The position numbers were made by a program, and so were the translations under genes. The notes under the pieces are model-generated. The model did no database searches. It had not been told where the DNA came from and saw only the letters and a list, made by a program, of their open reading frames with translations. 46,691 nucleotides of DNA from an uncultured Actinomycetota bacterium (GTDB taxonomy: Bacteria; Actinomycetota; Nitriliruptoria; Nitriliruptorales; JAHWKO01): contig CAZHZQ010000002.1 of assembly GCA_964537235.1 (NCBI GenBank), forward strand, positions 1 to 46,691, given 5' to 3'. Of this stretch, positions 8,005-15,448 are shown one piece after another (position 1 is the stretch's first letter; each line of letters opens with the position of its first letter).

Positions 8005-8595
8005 ATGAGGGCGCAGTTGCACGACTCCCCCAAGCTCTTGCTCACATTCCGGGAGTGCGCTCGAATCGCTGGCCATCTCGCGACGTTCTGTGACCGTGCT
8101 GAACATGTCGAGGTTTCCGACCGGAGCGTGTTGAGCGACTCCGGACAGCGGCTCAGAAATCTCTCCGTCTCTTTGGCAGAACTTGGGGGTATCCCACTGC
8201 TCGAGTACTACGCGGAAAGACTTCGAGGGATCGAGACCGACCACCCGCTGCGAACAGCTGCTTCGCCGATATTTCACGAGGCAGCGCGCGCAGCCCGAAC
8301 GTGGAGGCAACTGCAAGAGATCCAGGCTGGGCACGACCGCTGGTACCACCCCGACGTCTTCGGGCTCAGCAAGTCGGATCAGGTCCGCCACTACACGCTT
8401 CACGTGACGAAGCTCACGGGCCACCTATCTCAGCTTCTCGATCCGAGCGAAGCCGACTGGGGCGAGTTCGCACGCAGACGGGTACCTGACTTCCTAGTGT
8501 TCGGGTTGAAGATGTCCACCTTGGCCGGAGAGACTCTGCCCGACGAGGCGGACTACCTGCTAGAGCAGGCCCGTTCCGAACTCCAACCGGTCTAG
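8005..8595 (+). CDS. Hypothetical His-rich all-helical protein (possible four-helix-bundle, MazG/DinB-like; unverified)
   Basis: The ORF track gives 7927..8595. I prefer the ATG at 8005 because a strong GAAGGAG lies 7 nt upstream. The product is 196 aa, MRAQLHDSPKLLLTFRECARIAGHLATF... Third-position G/C looks higher than the local average. The stop lies 15 nt before the next gene. Confidence 0.65.
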   Translation: MRAQLHDSPKLLLTFRECARIAGHLATFCDRAEHVEVSDRSVLSDSGQRLRNLSVSLAELGGIPLLEYYAERLRGIETDHPLRTAASPIFHEAARAARTWRQLQEIQAGHDRWYHPDVFGLSKSDQVRHYTLHVTKLTGHLSQLLDPSEADWGEFARRRVPDFLVFGLKMSTLAGETLPDEADYLLEQARSELQPV

Positions 8596-8610
8596 CTGGA
8601 CTGAATTGGC

Positions 8611-10839
8611 TTGGCTCGCAAGCGTCTACTTCACCTCTCTGATCTGCACCTTGGCACGAACCCGGATTGGCAGACAACTGGTGACTACAAGTCGGACATC
8701 GTCCGGGTGGATGAACGACAGAACCGAGTTCAGCTTCTCCGGAACTCGCTAGTCGCCCTCGCTGACTACCTACGGAGTTCTGGACAGAGCCTCGACGCAG
8801 TAGTCATCACTGGCGACGTCACGTACAAGGGAGACCCGGAGGGCTTCGACGAGCTCCCAGACCTGCTCGACCAGCTTGGAGACACCAAACCCGAACCCGA
8901 CCACATCGTCATCGTTCCTGGCAACCACGATTTCGAGTGGGGCGCCTCCCCTTCTTCGGAAGAACGCTACGACAGATGGAAGCGGCTCCGGGATGACGGG
9001 TACGTGATTCCGTACCTCGATGGGGTTGACATCGACGCCTCAGGGACCCTTACCAACCCGGCGAGCCAGCCACTGTTGGTCGATGATGACGGGGCGTTCG
9101 TCGTCGCCGCCATCAACTCGGCCAACTACTGCGCTGGGAACGAGCGGCTGAACGGCATCGACGAGGACTCCCTGGGAGAAGTCGCGGACGAGTTCTCCGA
9201 CGATGAGCGCATCGTGGCAGTGCTTGAGAATCTGAGGTCGCTACGGAAGGCCGACGTGGCACGCATCAGCCCTGGACAACTGTCGGCCCTCGCAACCGCC
9301 CTTGAGCCCCATATCAGATCGGAACCCAAGCCACTGATCATCTGTGCACTTCACCACCACCTTCTGCCGGTGTCAGCAGGTGAGGAGTTCAAGCGGTACG
9401 AGTCCATAACGAACTTGGGAGAAGTCAGAGCCTTCCTCGGCTCGAACGACGTGAGACTCGTGCTACACGGTCACAAACACCACCCTGCGCTGCTTGTCGA
9501 TCACCCTCACGAGCACTCGACGATTCGGCGGCCGGACCTGGACTGGGTGACGCCCGTCTATATCTCGTCGGTGGGCACTATCGGCCACGGACGTGGCCCA
9601 AACGACGAGATAGCACGGCTTGTAGAGATCGGAACTGAGCTTCCGCGTGCTCGCCGCGTGGTCGTTCGTGAGGTGTTGGCCCGATCTGCGGGTGCTCGAT
9701 ACGACGATGAGCCTGCAGTTGTCGGCAGCCTGACCCTGACCGGACGACGAGCTCGAGAGACGGGTTACCCCATTCATGCCGTCGAGGGCCTCGACGTGGA
9801 CGAGGTGTATCAGAAGATCCTTGCGCTGTTCGATGAAGCCGGTCAGTCAGCGGGCACCGTCGTCCGGAATCTGGTATGCCGAGTGGCTGACGGCACGTCA
9901 GCGTCCTCGCCCCCGGTTGGCTTCCCCGACGTGCCCGGTAGGGACGACTTGGACGAGTGGTTCGACGAGATCGTCGAGTGGTGGCAGAGAGAGGACTCCG
10001 GTCTTGAGGAGCCTCATTTCAACCACGGAGAGAGGATCCACCGACAAGGAGCAGGAAGAAGCCAGATCGAAGACGTTGCAGACGCGCTGGACGCTGAGCC
10101 TCGCACAACCCGCGGCGTGGCAGTTGTCGTCAGTCCCGGAATCGATGACGTTGGGAACACGCGGGTCCGGATGCCTTCATTTTGTCTGGCTCATTTCGTC
10201 CTGGACGCGAGCGGACGAAGGCTCGACACCATCGCCTACTTCCGGAAGCAGCAAATGCGCACATGGTGGCCGGTCAACGTGGGTGAGCTCCGGCGTTTGC
10301 AGAGCGGTGTTATCGATGCGCTTGCCACTCGCGGGCGGGACGTCTCTCCGGGTGAAATCGTGACCTTCGCGGCCGAAGCCATATGGGGTACGGACCGCCC
10401 ACGAGTCATGGTCCCGAACGTCGACCGGCTAGCTCAGGACGACCCTGCAGTCCTGTGGAAGACGGCCCTTCGGGCCTTCGCCGCGGACGAGGACTTCACC
10501 CCATCGATATGGGAAGACCTGTTCGCCGATTGGCTTCCTGGTGAACAGATGGAACCCGACGGTGTGCCCATTGCCATCCGAGGCATCGAGATGCTCGCAG
10601 GCATCATCGGGACGCTTGCCGACTTCCACGATTCCGAGCCGGGCAGTCGCCTAGCCGCGGAGTTCGACAGCTTGCTTCACAACAACCGAACATACTCCGC
10701 ACAGGAGGATCAACCAGAAGGACGGGATTCGACTGCGCGGCGTGTTGCCTTCGATCAGTGGCGAGGGGAAGTCGGAAGGAGGATGGATGCCATCGTTCGG
10801 CACACCGAGGAACTGCGCGACGATATCTCGAGCGAGTGA
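8611..10839 (+). CDS. Fusion protein: N-terminal calcineurin-like metallophosphoesterase plus thymidylate-synthase/dCMP-hydroxymethylase-like domain plus C-terminal helical tail
   Basis: 742 aa with a TTG start. MPE motifs appear in order: HLSDLHLG (D11/H13), ITGDVTYKG (D69), VPGNHD (N105/H106), LHHHLL, LHGHKHH (H286/H288). Residues about 385-605 align by eye to E. coli ThyA. [40 protein letters not shown] matches [63 protein letters not shown] matches [24 protein letters not shown]. Confidence 0.85.
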   Translation: [742 protein letters not shown]

Positions 10840-11024
10840 ACCCCTCGGACCTGATAGGTATGTCTGTCAGGGTGAGGATCCGGGGGACAGTCTTGGGCAC
10901 AGCCTGGGCACGACTTGCGCGAGACACGTCGACACGCGGTGCAACACGCCGTTACCGCCACGCCGTTTCCCCAGGTCAGAGGCATGAGCCGGTATCCCGT
11001 GGGCCAGGTGAAACGAACCGAAGT

Positions 11025-11069
11025 CCCCTGACAAGGGTGAGGTCCCTGGTTCAAATCCAGGTCGGCCCA
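11025..11069 (+). other. tRNA-Val(GAC) 3' fragment (anticodon loop to discriminator); candidate att core remnant
   Basis: The sequence CCCCTGACAAGGGTG-AGGTC-CCTGG-TTCAAAT-CCAGG-TCGGCCC-A parses as an anticodon loop CTGACAA, variable loop AGGTC, a perfect T-arm with a TTCAAAT loop, a 7-nt acceptor 3' strand and discriminator A. No matching 5' acceptor or D-arm lies upstream, so it is not an intact tRNA. Confidence 0.45.
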
Positions 11070-11332
11070 CAACTGCTCGTCGCATGTCTCCTGGACGACC
11101 GTGGCCGGCACAGCGGCGGCTCGACATACTTGCCGAGCACCCTGGATCACCGGATATCACAGGCCCCGCTCGATCGGTCTCCCTCTGTTACGAGCACTGC
11201 GCCGAACCAGCAACGAAAAGCAAGGCGGGCCGTTCGAAAGCTTCGCCGCTGCCTCGCTCTGGGCTGCAGCGTCCTGACCGAAACCAACAACGATCAGCGC
11301 AGCAGAACTGAGCCGACGGATGGAGACCTGCC

Positions 11333-11935
11333 ATGACAGACGAGAACACGGAACAGAGCCGCCGGCCCGACAGCCAGGACGGTCATGCGGGCATGCAGAA
11401 ACAGATGTACCTGCGGTTCGCCGCGATGATCCTCACCGGGATGGTGGTCATGTACTTCGTGATGTTCGTCGGCTCCTGGGAGCTGAGCCACGTGCGGTTC
11501 AGCCAGAGCCGCATCTTCATGGCGGTGACCATGGGCGGAGCCATGGGCCTGGTCATGCTCGCGTGGATGCTCAACATGTACCGCAGCACCACGGCCAACG
11601 TCATCGTGGTGGTCGTGAGCCTGCTGCTGTTGGCGACCGGGACCGTGCTGGACCGCAGCCAGACGACCGTCGACGACATCGCCTTCATGAAGGGGATGAT
11701 CCCGCACCACTCGTTGGCCATCACCCGCTCGGAGCGGTTCAACGTCGAGGATGTGCGCGTGTGCGAGCTCGCCGTGGAGATCAGCGAGGCCCAGCGGCGT
11801 GAGATCCTCGAGATGGACTGGCTGATCGACGACATCGCGCAGAACGGCCCCGCGTCCACCCCCGAGGAAGCCGAAGCACGCCCCGTTCCGAACTTCGACC
11901 GGCCCGCCCAACGGCAGTGTCCGACAGACGGCTGA
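11333..11935 (+). CDS. DUF305-family membrane-associated protein
   Basis: 200 aa with two or three hydrophobic helices, followed by the FMKGMIPHHSLAI and AQRREILEM motifs characteristic of DUF305 as I recall the family. A GGAGAC RBS lies upstream of the ATG. Confidence 0.8.
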   Translation: MTDENTEQSRRPDSQDGHAGMQKQMYLRFAAMILTGMVVMYFVMFVGSWELSHVRFSQSRIFMAVTMGGAMGLVMLAWMLNMYRSTTANVIVVVVSLLLLATGTVLDRSQTTVDDIAFMKGMIPHHSLAITRSERFNVEDVRVCELAVEISEAQRREILEMDWLIDDIAQNGPASTPEEAEARPVPNFDRPAQRQCPTDG

Positions 11936-11996
11936 CGGGAGCACAGGCAGCAGGCAGGTACCGTGCGCCGCCGACGGACGACTTGACCCAGGGAAC

Positions 11997-14468
11997 GTGA
12001 CCACCGAGCAGGCGCTGGCAGGAGACGCCAGAATGGTCACGGATGAAACTCATGACCCGGCTTCGGCGTCGTACCTGGGGACGGGCCGAGGGGGCTACGT
12101 GTCAGGAGCCGTACGTCGCCTGGTGATCACCGGGCTGCTCGCGCTCGCGTTCGTCGTGCCGGCGGGCGCGGCCGGAGCAGCGGCCGGGGCACAGGAGGAC
12201 GTCGCGCGATCCCTCGGGCTCGAGGCGACGGCGGGGTTCGACGGCACCCACGCCGGCTCGTCGTGGGTCCCGGTCACGGTGACGTTGGAGCCGGAGCGCC
12301 TGTTCGCGGGCAGCATCTCGGTGACCGGTCGGGGCGAGCTCGGTGAGATCGACGAGGAACGCGCCGTCGAGGTCCCCGGCGGTGGCCACCAGTCGTTCCG
12401 GTTCCTGCTGCCGTCCGCGCAGAGCGTCGTGGTGACGGCACGGCCGGACCGGGGCGAAGCGGCGACGGTCCGCGCCCAGGTCCGGGCCCTGGGGTCACGA
12501 GACCTCCTCGTGGGGATGTTGGGTGACGTCCCCGAGGGCGCACCGCTCGGGCTCGAGACGGACCCGACCGGCCTCGACGTCCACTACGCGTCGGTCGATC
12601 CCGCCTGGCTCGAGATGTCTCCACGTGCCCTGCACGGGGTGGGCACGCTCGTCGCCACGACCTCGACGCTCTCCGACCTCTCGGACGCCGCCAAGGGGAA
12701 CCTCACGAACGCGGTGGCCGGCGGGCTGGAGCTCGTCGTCACCCCCGGCGCCGCCGGTGTCGCGACCGAGCTCGGTGACCCCGGCCTGCCCGAGCTGCCG
12801 GCGGCCTCGGTCGCCGGCGGGTCGCTGGCCGCGGCTCCGGACGCCTGGACCCTGACCGTGGCGGACCTCTCGACAGGAACGACGGTCGACGATCAGCAGG
12901 GAGCCGTGATCGCCGCTGCCCGCAGCGAGGGACGCGGTGGGATCACGGTCGTCGCGACCCCACTGTCCGCCGGGAACCGCGGCGGAGACGTGGAGCTGTG
13001 GTCGCGGGTGCTCGCCCCGGGCGCCCACCGGCAGTACGACCAGGGTCAGCAGTCCGCGCTCTCGAGGGTCATGGAATCGGCCCAGCAGGCTCTGTCTGGC
13101 AACACGCTCGAGCTCCCGTCACTCCCGTGGTTGGCCGGGTTCCTGGCCGTGTACGTGCTCGTCGTCGGGCCTGTGAACGGGTTCGCGCTGGCTCGGATCG
13201 GACGCCGTGAGCTGGCCTGGGTGACGGTGCCCGCGATCACCCTGCTGTTCGCCGGTGGGGCGTTCCTGGCGGCGACGATCTCGGCGCCCCAGACCGGGCT
13301 CTCGGGGAAGCTCGCCTACTGGATCGACGGCGTGGGCACCGACGTCTCCGTGACCGCGGTCCGTGCACCCACGCCCGGCCGGCACGTGGTGGCTCTCGAC
13401 GGCAGCCGGTGGGACGTGCTCCCGACGTCGTTCCGCGCCCCCCCGACGGTGCGTCAGGACCGTTCGGACACCCAGGTCACCTTCGACCTCGAGTCGCTCG
13501 AGGTGGGGGTCGCCGTGGCATGGCGGCCGACCGCCACGCCGGCGCCGCTGGAGCTCGAGGCCGTCAGCAGCGGTGCAGACATCGACGTCACGGTCCGGAA
13601 CGTCGGCGACCGGCGTCTCCAGGACATCCAGGTCCGCGCGGCGAACCAGCGGCGGCAAGCCGGAGCCCTCGCCCCCGGCGAGTCGACGCAGCTCACCGTC
13701 CCGGCTGACCCGCTCCGACCCGTCGAGCCGTGGATCGACGAGCAGGAGTTCGCGATGGGGCGCCAGCCGGACGACCGCAACCTGCCGCAGGCGCTCGAAC
13801 ACCTCCTGCGCTTCCAGGCGATGGACCGCGCCCCCGGACTCGTCTGGGCGACCGCCTCGATCCCGGACGGGACGGGAGACCGGGTCTCGGCGGTCGACGG
13901 TCGATCGGCGGACGACGTCGGGACGTTGGTCGCCGTCGCGGAACCGATCCGCATCGAAGGCGAGATCGTTCCTCCCCACGCCGTAGCGCGGACCGTGGCG
14001 CAGGTGGCCGGACGGGGCGGCGGGCGCTCCGAATGGTGGCCGGGGCCGACGGCGGTCCAAGGCGCGGAGTCCGTGATCCTGCGGTACCGGCTCCCGCGCG
14101 TCACCGGCCTGCGGGCGCTGACCAGCTCTCTCGACTGGGCGTCCGATCACGTGGCCGTGAGGGTCGTCCCGCACGTTCGGGGCGGGCCGGACGCGCCGCC
14201 CGGCCGCCCGCAGCCCGCGCAGCCACTGCCGCCGCCTCCCGGCCGCTCCGGGTCGTTCGGGTCGGGCGGGTCGGGCGACAGCGTGGAGATCTGGGACGCG
14301 TCGTCGGTCACCTGGGTCCCGCTGGCGGCGGTGTTCGAAGGCGAGAACACCCTCTCCAGCCGGGCCGTGACCCCGCTCGGCGAGGTGTACGTCCGCGTCC
14401 GTGGCGGGGGACGGCTCATCGAGTTCTCCGGCAGGGGCGTCGGCGCGGTGCTGGGAGGGTCCGCATGA
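11997..14468 (+). CDS. Large membrane/exported protein of unknown function (first gene of the ABC-MoxR-VWA operon)
   Basis: 823 aa. The N-terminus is signal-like (RRLVITGLLALAFVVPAGAAGAAAGAQ). Internal TM helices are present (LPWLAGFLAVYVLVVGPVNGFAL..., VPAITLLFAGGAFLAATI). The stop overlaps the next start (ATGA at 14465). The ATG at 12033 is an alternative start. Confidence 0.72.
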   Translation: MTTEQALAGDARMVTDETHDPASASYLGTGRGGYVSGAVRRLVITGLLALAFVVPAGAAGAAAGAQEDVARSLGLEATAGFDGTHAGSSWVPVTVTLEPERLFAGSISVTGRGELGEIDEERAVEVPGGGHQSFRFLLPSAQSVVVTARPDRGEAATVRAQVRALGSRDLLVGMLGDVPEGAPLGLETDPTGLDVHYASVDPAWLEMSPRALHGVGTLVATTSTLSDLSDAAKGNLTNAVAGGLELVVTPGAAGVATELGDPGLPELPAASVAGGSLAAAPDAWTLTVADLSTGTTVDDQQGAVIAAARSEGRGGITVVATPLSAGNRGGDVELWSRVLAPGAHRQYDQGQQSALSRVMESAQQALSGNTLELPSLPWLAGFLAVYVLVVGPVNGFALARIGRRELAWVTVPAITLLFAGGAFLAATISAPQTGLSGKLAYWIDGVGTDVSVTAVRAPTPGRHVVALDGSRWDVLPTSFRAPPTVRQDRSDTQVTFDLESLEVGVAVAWRPTATPAPLELEAVSSGADIDVTVRNVGDRRLQDIQVRAANQRRQAGALAPGESTQLTVPADPLRPVEPWIDEQEFAMGRQPDDRNLPQALEHLLRFQAMDRAPGLVWATASIPDGTGDRVSAVDGRSADDVGTLVAVAEPIRIEGEIVPPHAVARTVAQVAGRGGGRSEWWPGPTAVQGAESVILRYRLPRVTGLRALTSSLDWASDHVAVRVVPHVRGGPDAPPGRPQPAQPLPPPPGRSGSFGSGGSGDSVEIWDASSVTWVPLAAVFEGENTLSSRAVTPLGEVYVRVRGGGRLIEFSGRGVGAVLGGSA

Positions 14469-15448
14469 GCACGGAGATGTTGCCCGATGCGCCGCCGCGG
14501 GCCGGGGACCGTCCCGCCGCGCGCATCCGCGGGCTCGTCAAGCGCTACGGGAACCTCGCGGCGGTCGACCGCCTCGACCTGGACGTCCCGGAAGGGTCGG
14601 TCGTGGGGCTGATCGGTCCGAACGGCGCCGGCAAGACCACGACGATGCTCGCGCTGGTCACCCTGCTCGAACCGGACGAGGGGACGGTCGAGGTGTTCGG
14701 GCTGGATCCGCGACGCGACCAGCGCGAGGTGCGTCGCCGGGTGGGCTACATGCCCGACTTCTTCGGGGTGTACGAGGGGCTGACGTGCGCGGAGTACCTG
14801 GACTTCTTCGCCGCCGCGTACAAGTTGGGTCCCGCGGAACGTCGGCGGCAGGTCGCCGACCTCCTGGAGCTGGTCGAGCTCGAGCACAAGGCGGGGGTCG
14901 ACGTCTCCGGGCTGTCGCGGGGGATGCAGCAGCGGCTCGGTCTGGCCCGGGCGCTGGTCCACGACCCCGAGATGCTGGTCCTCGACGAACCGGCCTCCGG
15001 CCTCGATCCGCGGGCGCGGATCGACCTCCGGGAGATCCTGCTCGAGCTCAGCCGGCAGGGCCGCACGATCCTGATCAGCTCGCACATCCTCGCGGAGCTC
15101 GAGGAGCTGTGCGACCGGGTCGCGATCATCGAGGCCGGGCGCATGCTGGCGCAGGGCACCCCGACGGAGATCCGGGAACGGAGCCCCGCCGGCCTCGTGG
15201 TGGTGGTTCGTGTCCTGGGCGGCGAGGACGCCGTCGCGCGAGCGACCGAGGTGGCCGAACGCAGCGGCGCCGGACGGGTCATGCACGCCGCCGACCACCT
15301 GACCGCCGAGATCCCGGGAGGGCTCGAGGCGGCTGCCGACCTGCTGGGCGAGCTCGTGGCGAACGGGGTCCGTGTCGTCGAGTACCGCGAGGAACGCGGC
15401 AGCCTCGAACGGATCTTCCTGTCGGTGACCGAGGGGATCGTGCGATGA
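14465..15448 (+). CDS. ABC transporter ATP-binding protein
   Basis: The ATG at 14465 overlaps the preceding TGA. Walker A GPNGAGKTT, signature LSRGMQQRL and Walker B MLVLDEP are present. The track ORF 13730..15448 carries an implausible Arg-rich N-terminal extension. Confidence 0.93.
   Translation: MSTEMLPDAPPRAGDRPAARIRGLVKRYGNLAAVDRLDLDVPEGSVVGLIGPNGAGKTTTMLALVTLLEPDEGTVEVFGLDPRRDQREVRRRVGYMPDFFGVYEGLTCAEYLDFFAAAYKLGPAERRRQVADLLELVELEHKAGVDVSGLSRGMQQRLGLARALVHDPEMLVLDEPASGLDPRARIDLREILLELSRQGRTILISSHILAELEELCDRVAIIEAGRMLAQGTPTEIRERSPAGLVVVVRVLGGEDAVARATEVAERSGAGRVMHAADHLTAEIPGGLEAAADLLGELVANGVRVVEYREERGSLERIFLSVTEGIVR

Larger units (their letters stand above)
1..11069. mobile_element. Integrated mobilizable element (IME/AICE-like), right-hand portion; left boundary not in window
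   Basis: Integrase, excisionase-like HTH and MobF relaxase lie co-directionally on the minus strand. A lower-G+C cargo block sits at 7553-10839. A tRNA-Val 3' fragment at 11025-11069 is a candidate att remnant. No T4SS or FtsK-like translocase gene is seen in the window. Confidence 0.6.

Noticed and set aside
11001-11069. Possible complete tRNA (69 nt) starting at GGGCCAG
   Set aside because: The acceptor stem has a mismatch, there is no U8 or D-arm, the putative anticodon stem does not pair, and no class II solution works. Only the 3' 45 nt are tRNA-like, so I called it a fragment.
10758-11336. 192-aa plus ORF and overlapping minus ORFs spanning the junction region
   Set aside because: They run through the tRNA fragment and intergenic DNA, have poor coding signal and have no RBS.
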